Virus record (IMG/VR): IMGVR_UViG_2778261227_000004
Reading direction: 5' to 3' (one strand)
DNA from: a virus
Taxonomy: Duplodnaviria > Heunggongvirae > Uroviricota > Caudoviricetes
Length of the DNA: 29,708 nucleotides
In this document: positions 19,017-26,704 of the stretch, one piece after another
Numbering within the stretch: the first letter of the stretch is position 1
Layout of the letters: each line of letters begins with the position of its first letter
Program-made: the position numbers and the translations under genes
The notes under the pieces: model-generated
Seen by the model: the letters and a program-made list of their open reading frames with translations, nothing else
Told to the model about the DNA's origin: nothing
The model's database searches: none

Positions 19017-19562
19017 TTAAACTGCTACGCGCTCTTTCATCCAGCCGTAGACAAACGACTCGTTGGCCTCGCGTTTCTCTGCCAGCTCCAGATAACGCTC
19101 GCCCTGCGTACAGTTCAGGGCTTTCACCAGTACCAGTTCACCATCCCTGCTGCGATTTTTCAGATATGCCCGTAATGCATTAAGAGTACGCGGCCCGATG
19201 CGTCCATCTGCATCCATATCCGGATAGAGTTTCCCGCGCAGGTTGAAAACGTTCAGCCAGCGCTGAAGCATTCTGGACGCCACAGTTGGCCCCATGTTCA
19301 CGCCCGTATCGCACAACTCTGCGGCAATATCAGGAGACAGGTCCTCAACCTGGTCGAATCGTGGTCCGTACCAGTAGTCTGCCTCGAGTATTTCCAGCGC
19401 CTGCCCACGCGTCAGGTCACGCATATCGCCCTGATAACCGTGTGCACGGGCAACTTTTTCAGTGATGCCCCATTTAGTCGGACCACCTTTATCATCCGGG
19501 TGATTGACGTAACCGCCCTCTTTTCCCAGAATTTCGTCAAAAATTTCATCTTTCGACTTCAT
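19017..19562 (-). CDS. endolysin, glycoside hydrolase family 108-like with C-terminal peptidoglycan-binding domain
   Basis: Start placed at ATG 19562 (MKSKDEIFDEILGKEGGYVNHPDDKGGPTKWGIT...), the N-terminal signature of GH108 (secretion-activator-like) lysozymes; sits after two membrane proteins. Confidence 0.8.
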   Translation of the reverse strand: MKSKDEIFDEILGKEGGYVNHPDDKGGPTKWGITEKVARAHGYQGDMRDLTRGQALEILEADYWYGPRFDQVEDLSPDIAAELCDTGVNMGPTVASRMLQRWLNVFNLRGKLYPDMDADGRIGPRTLNALRAYLKNRSRDGELVLVKALNCTQGERYLELAEKREANESFVYGWMKERVAV

Positions 19563-19563
19563 A

Positions 19564-19842
19564 TCAGCGCCTTCGTAATACAAGGATTTTTGATACGTTC
19601 CCGCGTGCTCGTATCACCAGCACGCAGAACACCAGGTTAATCAGGACGACCAGCCAGTTACCGGGTGGAAAGCGACCACACAGATAACAAAGCGGCGCAA
19701 AGGCATAAAGCAGCATCAGCAGCCAGGCCAGCCACGACATCAGCGGTTTATGTCTCGACTCACCACGACGATAAAAAAAGAGCGTCAGCACGATAACCGT
19801 GCTTAACACCACATTCAGTAATCCGGGAAGGTTACTTAACAT
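19564..19842 (-). CDS. membrane protein in lysis cassette (about 3 TM; holin or antiholin-like)
   Basis: ATG 19842 preceded by GGAGG; MLSNLPGLLNVVLSTVIVLTLFFY...LAWLLMLLYAFAPLCYL...LVVLINLVFCVLVI; overlaps the upstream gene by about 11 nt. Confidence 0.55.
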   Translation of the reverse strand: MLSNLPGLLNVVLSTVIVLTLFFYRRGESRHKPLMSWLAWLLMLLYAFAPLCYLCGRFPPGNWLVVLINLVFCVLVIRARGNVSKILVLRRR

Positions 19843-20221
19843 TACCGCCTCCACCCCGCAGACGGGAGAACAGCCCGGATACCAGCGATGCGATATCCTG
19901 CTGGTGGATGAATGAGAGAATCTTCACCGACACCACCGATACCAGTACCGCGCAAAGCGCGTCGAGAGATGTGCTGTGGAGATTCAGTTTTTCAACCAGG
20001 TAAGACGCCATCACATCCGCCCCCAGCACGCCAACAATGAACGACACCAGAAAATGCGCCGCCACACGCCAGGCTGAAAGCTGCTGCGGCATCGTTGCCA
20101 CAAATAACGCCCCGGCGAACGCACCAAACACAATCCCGAAATCCGTTCCGGTAAACAGCCCGAATACCGTCGCCCCGCCGAGCGCCGCAGCCGTGCCGGA
20201 ACCGGACAAGGGTTCAGACAT
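19832..20221 (-). CDS. putative holin (129 aa, Gly/Ala-rich TM segments)
   Basis: ATG 20221 preceded by CAGGAGA; MSEPLSGSGTAAALGGATVFGLFTGTDFGIVFGAFAGALFVA...; first gene of the lysis cassette. Confidence 0.6.
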   Translation of the reverse strand: MSEPLSGSGTAAALGGATVFGLFTGTDFGIVFGAFAGALFVATMPQQLSAWRVAAHFLVSFIVGVLGADVMASYLVEKLNLHSTSLDALCAVLVSVVSVKILSFIHQQDIASLVSGLFSRLRGGGGNVK

Positions 20222-20236
20222 ACTTTTTTCTCCTGT

Positions 20237-20263
20237 AAATAAAAAAGGGCCACCAGCGGCCCG
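20237..20263 (-). terminator. rho-independent terminator just upstream of the holin RBS
   Basis: Minus strand GGGCCGCTGGTGGCCC followed by TTTTTTATTT; a second hairpin AAAGGCA...TGCCTTT lies at 20279-20300. Confidence 0.65.
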
Positions 20264-20310
20264 TAAAAAACACCCCGTCAAAGGCACCCGCAGATGCCTT
20301 TTGTGTGGTG

Positions 20311-20463
20311 TTATTCAGATTTGCGCAGTAAAGGGCGGAGCACGACCAGCGCCATCGCCACCAGCACGCCATCGGCAAGCACTGACATCAGGCGTCCGGT
20401 GAAATCCACCGCCACTACCAGAAACAGCAGGATGGCAGCCAGTACAAGACGCGCACTTTTCAC
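20311..20463 (-). CDS. 50-aa hydrophobic membrane protein, coupled to the TerB-like gene
   Basis: GTG at 20463 overlaps the TerB-like TGA (GTGA); VKSARLVLAAILLFLVVAVDFTGRLMSVLADGVLVAMALVVLRPLLRKSE. Below the ORF-track cutoff. Confidence 0.4.
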   Translation of the reverse strand: MKSARLVLAAILLFLVVAVDFTGRLMSVLADGVLVAMALVVLRPLLRKSE

Positions 20464-20885
20464 AGGTACTGCTCCAGCGGTAGCTGAAGCGCCTGAGCAA
20501 TTTTCTTGAGCTGTGCTTCTTCATCCGGACCAATGCCATCCTGGTCAGCGATATCCAGACACAGGCACAGCACATTAACTGCGTCATCAGTACCGGCAAC
20601 ATCAGCCAGCTGGCGAAGGGCTTCAGCATTAGCAGAGCGCGGCGACGCTTCATAACGGGCGCGGATATTTGCACTCATTTGTGCAATCTCGCCGGAGAAC
20701 GGTGCAAAGGCAGGAAGTGCTGCAATGGTTTTCTCCAGTACTGCGATTTCTTTCGCGTCGCAGGTGCCGTCAGCGTATGCAATGGAATACGCACCCCAGA
20801 CGGTCGCCTCCACTGCGTCGCGGTTCTCCATCTTCTTCACTTCGGTAATGGCCTTGCGGGTTTTCTTTTTGAAAATACCAAACAT
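20460..20885 (-). CDS. TerB-like (tellurite-resistance TerB / DjlA N-terminal-like) domain protein, 141 aa
   Basis: ATG 20885 preceded by AAGGAAAAG; paired acidic motifs (...AYADGTCDAKEIAVLE... and ...LDIADQDGIGPDEEAQLKKIA...) typical of TerB-like domains. Confidence 0.55.
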   Translation of the reverse strand: MFGIFKKKTRKAITEVKKMENRDAVEATVWGAYSIAYADGTCDAKEIAVLEKTIAALPAFAPFSGEIAQMSANIRARYEASPRSANAEALRQLADVAGTDDAVNVLCLCLDIADQDGIGPDEEAQLKKIAQALQLPLEQYL

Positions 20886-21130
20886 CGTGACTTTTCCTTT
20901 TAGTGGGTGAGCCTGCGCCCGGGGGTGACCAGCCCACAGAGAAAGTCACACTGACCATCCCGTAAGCTCACCCCTGAAAGGCTCTGTGGTTTTTTGATAT
21001 GCGCCGGGCGCGGCGCGGATATAAAAGATTTAACGAGTTGTTTTTTCTGGTAAAAATATTACGTTATACATGGCGTCATAAGTCCGGACGCTTTCAATGA
21101 TTAGTAACGATTCTTCATAGAGGTTTTCAG

Positions 21131-21445
21131 ATGAATCAGCAATGTCCAGCATGTTACGCTCACGCCAAAGTGGAGCGCGGGCGTTTCAGAGACCTGACAA
21201 ATTTAAAATTTGATACTGAATACAACGATGGTGTTTTTGGCATGACCGATGGTGTCAGGGTTCACTGTCCGAAATGTGGAAAATACGGGTTGTATTTCGA
21301 TGACTTTCAAAAAATCCAGCAAGGGAAAATAAAACCGCAAGCAATTTCTGATTTTAAGAAAGCATACCCTGGGTGGCGAGGCATCATCTCATTACCATGC
21401 CGCCTAGATTCAAAACAATCAAAATCAAGTTTTGAAACCCCATAA
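21131..21445 (+). CDS. zinc-ribbon protein (CPAC...CPKC), 104 aa, plus-strand moron
   Basis: Opposite strand to the late operon; GAGG before ATG 21131; AT-rich upstream region; followed by a hairpin terminator; GC about 42 percent. Confidence 0.55.
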   Translation: MNQQCPACYAHAKVERGRFRDLTNLKFDTEYNDGVFGMTDGVRVHCPKCGKYGLYFDDFQKIQQGKIKPQAISDFKKAYPGWRGIISLPCRLDSKQSKSSFETP

Positions 21446-21454
21446 AACCACAAC

Positions 21455-21478
21455 CCGCATGGAGGCGGGTTTAATTGC
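21455..21478. terminator. bidirectional hairpin between the convergent zinc-ribbon gene and the methyltransferase
   Basis: ACCCGC-ATGGAG-GCGGGT stem-loop at 21459-21476 overlapping the methyltransferase stop. Confidence 0.5.
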
Positions 21479-22520
21479 ACATTGCCGAAATTTCACCGAC
21501 TGTCTGCTCAAACCGTTCAGTTTCAAGCTCAACGCCGATTACCCGACGCCCCAGCGCCATCGCCGCTTTTATTGTTGACCCGGATCCCATAAAGAAATCC
21601 GCAACCAAATCACCGGGGCGACTACTGGCCTCAATTATCTGCCGCAACATATCTGCCGGTTTTTCACAGGGATGTTTGCCCGGATAATACTGCACGGGCT
21701 TGTGCGTCCAGACATCCGTATACGGAACGGCAGCCGATACGGAAAAATAACGCCGCAGGGATTTGTACTCCTTCAGCAGGCTGGCATATTGCCGGTTCAG
21801 TTCACTGTATGTGCTGACCAGCTGGTGGTGTGGCTTTTCCAGTTCACCGCGCTGATGTTTTTCTGCTGCAACACGCGCAAACAACGTCTGTAATTTCAGA
21901 TAATCGCCTTCGTTCGGCAACTGCCACTGGCTGATACCAAACCAGTGCGAAGCCATGTTTTTCTTTCCGGTGGCTTCCGCTATCTGTTTTGACGTTATCC
22001 CCAGTGATTCACGCGCATCACGAAAGTAAGAAATCAGCGGGGCCATGACATGCTGTTTTAGCTCGCGCCCCTTTGCCGCATAGCCGTCATTTTTGGGCTG
22101 GTATGGCCCCTGATAATGTTCTGCAAACAGAATGCGTTCTGTTGCCGGGAAATACGCCCGCAGGCTTTCCTTGTTGCATCCGTTCCAGCGTCCGGACGGC
22201 TTCGCCCAGATAATGTGGTTCAGCACATTAAAGCGCTGACGCATCATGATTTCGATATCAGATGCCAGGCGATGACCACAGAACAGGTAGAGACTTCCGG
22301 CAGGTTTCAGTACCCGCCAGAATTGCGCCAGACACTGATCCAGCCATTTCAGGTAATCATCGTCACCCTTCCACTGGTTATCCCAGCCCTCGGGCTTCAC
22401 TTTAAAGTATGGCGGGTCTGTGACTATCAGATCGACAGAGTTTTCCGGTAAGGTCTGGATAAATTCCAGGCAATCAGCGTTGATTAACTCGCAACTGGAT
22501 ATTTTTACAGTATTAGCCAT
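21471..22520 (-). CDS. orphan DNA methyltransferase (N6-adenine/N4-cytosine class, DPPY motif)
   Basis: 349 aa; N-terminal catalytic motif ...VDLIVTDPPYF... and C-terminal AdoMet motif ...DLVADFFMGSGSTIKAA...; no adjacent restriction endonuclease gene. Confidence 0.85.
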   Translation of the reverse strand: MANTVKISSCELINADCLEFIQTLPENSVDLIVTDPPYFKVKPEGWDNQWKGDDDYLKWLDQCLAQFWRVLKPAGSLYLFCGHRLASDIEIMMRQRFNVLNHIIWAKPSGRWNGCNKESLRAYFPATERILFAEHYQGPYQPKNDGYAAKGRELKQHVMAPLISYFRDARESLGITSKQIAEATGKKNMASHWFGISQWQLPNEGDYLKLQTLFARVAAEKHQRGELEKPHHQLVSTYSELNRQYASLLKEYKSLRRYFSVSAAVPYTDVWTHKPVQYYPGKHPCEKPADMLRQIIEASSRPGDLVADFFMGSGSTIKAAMALGRRVIGVELETERFEQTVGEISAMCN

Positions 22521-22670
22521 AGATCAATAAGCACTTCTCTGATAGGCTCATACCGCTTTTGCGCAAAGCAGATGGGCCTGAGGTTTGCTTGTGACCCCAA
22601 CGCATGAGCAGATGGCTGGCAGGTGCCGCTAACACCCACCAGCCGCCCATTACCACAAATTAAAAAGCCT

Positions 22671-22868
22671 TCACTGCGGAAGGCGTCTGTAACAACCGAA
22701 CTGATAATCAGCCAGGCCCGCCATAACAAGCTGGGTCAGTATTAACTGGCAACGTTCGCGTGAAAGGTAAGTATTCTGCGCAATTTCCCCGACGGTCGCC
22801 GGTTCGGTGACGCTTAATTCATTAAACACCACTCTGGCGGTTTCGGTCATATCCTGCTGTTTTAGCAT
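22671..22868 (-). CDS. small HTH-like protein (65 aa)
   Basis: ...ATVGEIAQNTYLSRERCQLILTQLVMAGL... looks like a helix-turn-helix; first ORF after the putative tR'; its stop sits in a hairpin plus U-run (22662-22690). Confidence 0.45.
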   Translation of the reverse strand: MLKQQDMTETARVVFNELSVTEPATVGEIAQNTYLSRERCQLILTQLVMAGLADYQFGCYRRLPQ

Positions 22869-22989
22869 GCCTTTTCCCTTTTCTGGTTAACGTGACATAC
22901 CAATAACTCTTGTCGAAACAGCCAGCAAGCTGAAAGACCAGTATTCGCAACCACCAGCGCGTTTAATGTTCTGTACCATTTTTCAGGCA

Positions 22990-23017
22990 TAAAAAAACCC
23001 GCTCAGCGGCGGGCCTT
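22990..23017 (-). terminator. candidate tR'-like terminator of the short late leader
   Basis: Minus strand GCCCGCCGCTGAGCGGG followed by TTTTTTTA, about 70 nt downstream of the candidate pR'. Confidence 0.55.
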
Positions 23018-23061
23018 GCTTACTTTGCCATCGCGTAAAAAATCGGCAAAATATCAGATTT

Positions 23062-23098
23062 ATGCGCAAAATACACTTTTCAGTTCGGTTTTGCAATA
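23062..23098 (-). promoter_or_regulatory. candidate late promoter pR' (possible qut region)
   Basis: Minus strand TTGCAA, 17 nt, TATTTT at the 3' end of the Q-like gene. Confidence 0.4.
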
Positions 23099-23769
23099 TT
23101 TAACCTGGTATTAGATACCTTTTGTTGTGAACGTAAGTGCATTGCCGATATAAGCGCATCTTTGTCCAGGCCTGTAACACAGTCACGCATAATCTCCCAG
23201 CGAGGTCGGTATGTCTCTGTCCATGTGGATTTAGCAACCCCCATCAATTCAGCCAGTTCCTGATATTCATAAGTCTCACTCCCAGCCAGCTCGCTCTTCA
23301 CATCCTGCGCCGCCAGCCAGATTAATTTTTTCAGGCGTTCCCGTGTTTTCTCCGCAATTTTTCTGGTACCAGATTGCGCGTTAAATTCATTCCACGCCCA
23401 CTGTGTTATCGCAATCTGGTGTTCCCAGCAAATGCTGCCGCTGTAACACCACAGCAACCAGGCTTTATGGTGTTCTTCAAGAGACAGAACTGCCCGTCGC
23501 CATGATGATGTCGAGAACTCAACCTGACTCACCAGAGGAATAGACGTCCCCTTTGCCAGCGATTGTTTCCCCGGGATTGGTGGATTATCCCGCGTGATCA
23601 TTTTTCCGGTCACTTCATCACGGTACCGGATTTTTTTACGCCTGTAACGCCCTGTATCGAACATGGCATTCTCCTGCCAGGCTTCAAGCTGACCTTTTGT
23701 TGCCCCACTCAAATCGGCGGTGGCGATAATGAGCTGCTCACGAACAAACTGTAAATACTGGTTATTCAT
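23080..23769 (-). CDS. putative late-gene antiterminator (Q-like), 229 aa
   Basis: ATG 23769 overlaps the rusA stop (ATGA). Assignment rests on synteny (rusA, then this gene, then promoter and terminator, then late and lysis genes); the sequence is not lambda Q-like by eye. Confidence 0.45.
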   Translation of the reverse strand: MNNQYLQFVREQLIIATADLSGATKGQLEAWQENAMFDTGRYRRKKIRYRDEVTGKMITRDNPPIPGKQSLAKGTSIPLVSQVEFSTSSWRRAVLSLEEHHKAWLLWCYSGSICWEHQIAITQWAWNEFNAQSGTRKIAEKTRERLKKLIWLAAQDVKSELAGSETYEYQELAELMGVAKSTWTETYRPRWEIMRDCVTGLDKDALISAMHLRSQQKVSNTRLNIAKPN

Positions 23770-24121
23770 GCGCACTCCAGCTCTGTGATTTTTATCCCCA
23801 GTCGACCACCAGGAACAGGCAGACCGCGCACAATATTAATTTCATCAAACTGCTCGTCGTCGATAAGCAACCCCGCATGCGTCAGCGCATCCAGCGGTGC
23901 TTTCAGGATATTGTCCAGGTCCCGACGGCGCTTATCCGGCGGCTCTGCAATAATTTTTATTGCCAGCCTTCCGGACTTAATTTCAGTCGCTGCTGGCGAA
24001 CAATAAGTGCCACATCACGGCGATAACGCTCACCGGCTTTTGATACAAAATATGTGCTGCCACGACGTCGCCAGTAGGTGTTCACCGTTGGCGGGTAAGG
24101 CAAAACAAACTCTATACGCAT
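23766..24121 (-). pseudogene. rusA: Holliday junction resolvase RusA, disrupted by a frameshift
   Basis: From ATG 24121 (RBS AAGAGG): MRIEFVLPYPPTVNTYWRRRGSTYFVSKAGERYRRDVALIVRQQRLKLSPEGWQ, then stop. The -1 frame continues ...LAIKIIAEPPDKRRRDLDNILKAPLDALTHAGLLIDDEQFDEINIVRGLPVPGGRLGIKITELECA. Both halves match RusA; the span is 356 nt, not a multiple of three. Confidence 0.65.
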
Positions 24122-24133
24122 CAGTAACCTCTT

Positions 24134-25183
24134 TTACCCGAGCACGCCGGTTGCAAAGGCGTGATCAAGAAAACGAAAAATTAAATCAATCTGGGAACCA
24201 TGCTTTTCTTCGAACGCCAGCGGATCCGCATGAAGCTCGTTGTGATGCTCCCGACACAACGGTAGCGTGAAAATATCGTGGGATTTTGTTCCCATTCCAC
24301 CCTGACCATGACCAATCAGGTGATGGGGATCGTCGGCTGGCTTACCACAACACGCGCACGGCTGTGTCTTTACCCAGCGCGTGTATTTCTCATTCATCCA
24401 GCGGCGACGTTTAGGTCGCCTCATGAAAGATTCAGGAGACTCCGGATCTACGGCAATGCTGACCACCGTCTTTTCCTGTGGTGCGTTCTGTTGCTGGTGG
24501 ACGTGAGGCAACTGCGCAAGATTTTTTGTGCGCTGCTTCAGTATGCTGGTGGCGGTCTGCTCTCCCGGTATGATGTCGCTTTCGCGGTACACCGAGCGGA
24601 TTTTTTCCGCACGTAATCCCAGCGAACGACGCAATACTGTCTCCGGTAGCGCGTCCGCCACCTGATTGCAGACTGCCCACCAGGATAATTCAGCCAGCGA
24701 TAATTCCCGCTCCTGTGTGCCATTCATTGCCTGGCGTATGACGTCAATCATCCATGCTGTCAGGTTTTGGTGAGCAAGTTGCCCGAGTGATTCGGAAGTC
24801 TGGTCACGCAGCTGGTTGTCGCAGTGCCAGCACAACACCATCGCGCCAGCACCGTAACGATGTATGACGGTTTCGCTGTGATGGTAGTCACCATGAGGCC
24901 ACTGGCAGGATTTAACGTGGCGCAATAGCCAGTCAGACAGTGCACCAGCACCGCCAGCAGCGCGAATCACCCGCTCATCGCTGAAAAATGGCAGCAGAGA
25001 TTTGTCTTCCGCCAGCGGCTGGCGAACGGCAGGAACGACTCCGGATGGCAGACCTCGCATGCTTTTTGGTTCCGGCTCCACCAGCACACGCCCCTGCATA
25101 AACAAAGGCATCGCATCAGGACCGGGCCTGAAAAGTACAATCCCCAGACGGTGAGCAATTTCAGGAGTCACTAATACCCGCAC
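24134..25183 (-). CDS. DUF968-like prophage protein
   Basis: GTG 25183 preceded by GGAGGT; C-terminal ...CACCGKPADDPHHLIGHGQGGMGTKSHDIFTLPLCREHHNELH... recalled as DUF968, common beside rusA/Q in lambdoid prophages. Confidence 0.55.
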   Translation of the reverse strand: MRVLVTPEIAHRLGIVLFRPGPDAMPLFMQGRVLVEPEPKSMRGLPSGVVPAVRQPLAEDKSLLPFFSDERVIRAAGGAGALSDWLLRHVKSCQWPHGDYHHSETVIHRYGAGAMVLCWHCDNQLRDQTSESLGQLAHQNLTAWMIDVIRQAMNGTQERELSLAELSWWAVCNQVADALPETVLRRSLGLRAEKIRSVYRESDIIPGEQTATSILKQRTKNLAQLPHVHQQQNAPQEKTVVSIAVDPESPESFMRRPKRRRWMNEKYTRWVKTQPCACCGKPADDPHHLIGHGQGGMGTKSHDIFTLPLCREHHNELHADPLAFEEKHGSQIDLIFRFLDHAFATGVLG

Positions 25184-25184
25184 A

Positions 25185-25457
25185 TTACCTCCAGATGCGT
25201 TGCTGGAATGTGCGGGACGGACGCGGTGGGCGTTCGGAATAAGGGAGTCTGACGTAGATTATCCAGTGACGATAATCGAGGGTGAGGGCTTTCCTAAACT
25301 CATACCCACGTCTGCGGTAGTTCTGAATCAGCCATTCGGCCTGTTCTTCAGTGCAGGGATCGTGCTGATACCAGTCATATTTGAATGCGTGCGAACGCCG
25401 CCCGTGCCTGCTGGCACGAACGGTATCAGAATTGTGTAATTTGGTCTTGTGCGCCAT
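25185..25457 (-). CDS. hypothetical basic protein (about 90 aa)
   Basis: ORF 25185-25511; start uncertain (TTG 25511 or ATG 25457); family not recognised. Confidence 0.4.
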   Translation of the reverse strand: MAHKTKLHNSDTVRASRHGRRSHAFKYDWYQHDPCTEEQAEWLIQNYRRRGYEFRKALTLDYRHWIIYVRLPYSERPPRPSRTFQQRIWR

Positions 25458-25529
25458 CTGTTTTCTCTGCTGGCGCAGCAGGTGCCAGTTGTTCAGGCTG
25501 GCGTGCGGCAATATTGTCTCTGATTTCTG

Positions 25530-25557
25530 TTGTCGTCAACAGGCAACGTGCTATCAT
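25530..25557 (+). promoter_or_regulatory. candidate sigma70 promoter of the parDE-like operon
   Basis: TTGTCG, 16 nt, TATCAT about 35 nt upstream of the parD-like ATG. Confidence 0.4.
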
Positions 25558-25592
25558 CGAATGGTGTTCTATCCTACTCCGTGAGGTTTACC

Positions 25593-25850
25593 ATGCGTAC
25601 AACCCAACAATTCAGCATTACATTAACTAACGAAATGGCTGACATGGTGCGCGCCCGTGTGGCTTCCGGTGCCTATGCATCAGAAAGCGAGGTCATTCGT
25701 GAAGGACTTCGCGCACTGAATGAGCGCGATAAAGCAATCGAAGCGTGGTTAACGCATTCAGCCGCCCCCTCTCTTGATTCTATCCGCGAAAATCCAAACA
25801 ACGGACGCTCCATTTCACAGGTTCGCGCCGAGATTCGATCCGGGAAGTAA
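25593..25850 (+). CDS. parD: type II antitoxin, ParD-like (ribbon-helix-helix)
   Basis: ATG 25593 preceded by GAGG; MRTTQQFSITLTNEMADMVRARVASGAYASESEVIREGLRALNERDKAIEAWL... typical of ParD/CopG RHH antitoxins; 5 nt upstream of a ParE-like gene. Confidence 0.75.
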   Translation: MRTTQQFSITLTNEMADMVRARVASGAYASESEVIREGLRALNERDKAIEAWLTHSAAPSLDSIRENPNNGRSISQVRAEIRSGK

Positions 25851-25855
25851 TCTGC

Positions 25856-26155
25856 ATGACATATGAAGTCATCATTACTCCTGAGGCCGAACAACAAATA
25901 ATCAACCTGCACAGATATATAACGGAGAAAGCAGGGAACGTCATTGCTGACAATTATGCCAATGCGCTTCTTGATTATCTTGATGGGTTTTCTACATTCC
26001 CGCATCGGGGCAATAAACGCGATGATATTCGCCAGGGGATGCGGGTAACTCATTTCCGCCACAGAACGATTATTGCTTTTGCCGTTGATGGCAGAAAAGT
26101 CTTTATTGTCGGTATCTATCATGGTGGGCAAAGTTATGAAACCGATTTCTTATAA
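25856..26155 (+). CDS. parE: type II toxin, ParE/RelE-family
   Basis: 99 aa; MTYEVIITPEAEQQIINLHRYI...RVTHFRHRTIIAFAVDGRKVFIVGIYHGGQSYE typical of ParE/RelE toxins; small, immediately after the antitoxin. Confidence 0.75.
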   Translation: MTYEVIITPEAEQQIINLHRYITEKAGNVIADNYANALLDYLDGFSTFPHRGNKRDDIRQGMRVTHFRHRTIIAFAVDGRKVFIVGIYHGGQSYETDFL

Positions 26156-26237
26156 ACTTTTACCCACATCATTCCGGTGTTAGAATAAACCATCCGCCCC
26201 CTCTCTTACTGGCGGATTCGTAGGCTATATAAATCAA

Positions 26238-26273
26238 AGATCCCGGCTCATGTTTGTGTCGGGATCTTTTTTC
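26238..26273 (+). terminator. rho-independent terminator after parE (possibly bidirectional)
   Basis: AGATCCCG...CGGGATCT stem followed by TTTTTT. Confidence 0.65.
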
Positions 26274-26279
26274 GGCGAT

Positions 26280-26363
26280 TTATCCCCAGCGGCAAATCGA
26301 ATACACCACCAACGCCACCGCCAGTGCGATTCCTACCGTTGTGAATGCTTCAGGCCAGGTCAT
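26280..26363 (-). CDS. 27-aa hydrophobic peptide, coupled to the upstream 114-aa gene
   Basis: ATG 26363 overlaps the upstream TGA (ATGA) with GGAGGA 10 nt upstream; [27 protein letters not shown]. Below the ORF-track cutoff. Confidence 0.35.
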   Translation of the reverse strand: MTWPEAFTTVGIALAVALVVYSICRWG

Positions 26364-26704
26364 CGTAAAACATCCTCCACGCTTATCAATCCGTTCCGCT
26401 CCAGATAACTCATCGCCTTATCCGGTAATTTGCAGTCTGGCTTCGCTTTCCTCAGTTGCCAGGCTAACTGCTTTACCTGCATAGTTAACTCGTCGACCAG
26501 ACGCTGATACCCCACTGGTTTGTATTCATGCAATTTACCGGCTGGCTCTGCTGCCAGCGATACCAGTGCGATTTCCAGAACAGCAATATCCATCTTATAT
26601 GTGCGGATGATGTCATTGTCGATTGTGCCCGGTATGCACAATCTCTGTGCTTCAATAGTCTCCTCTGCGTGAGCTATTAACTGCTCTCTGGTAAAAGTCG
26701 TCAT
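26360..26704 (-). CDS. hypothetical 114-aa protein
   Basis: ATG 26704 overlaps the HNH stop (ATGA); family not recognised. Confidence 0.5.
   Translation of the reverse strand: MTTFTREQLIAHAEETIEAQRLCIPGTIDNDIIRTYKMDIAVLEIALVSLAAEPAGKLHEYKPVGYQRLVDELTMQVKQLAWQLRKAKPDCKLPDKAMSYLERNGLISVEDVLR

Noticed and set aside
20315-20674. 119-aa minus-strand ORF overlapping the TerB-like gene in another frame
   Set aside because: Fully overlaps a better-supported gene with RBS and domain motifs; no independent start signal.
20900-20996. Possible tRNA in the structured region upstream of the TerB-like gene
   Set aside because: No cloverleaf arrangement and no GTTCxAxxC T-loop motif; the repeats fit an interleaved hairpin better.
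22505-22729. 74-aa minus-strand ORF spanning the methyltransferase start and the intergenic region
   Set aside because: Runs through a terminator hairpin and a promoter-like region and overlaps two better-supported genes; likely spurious.
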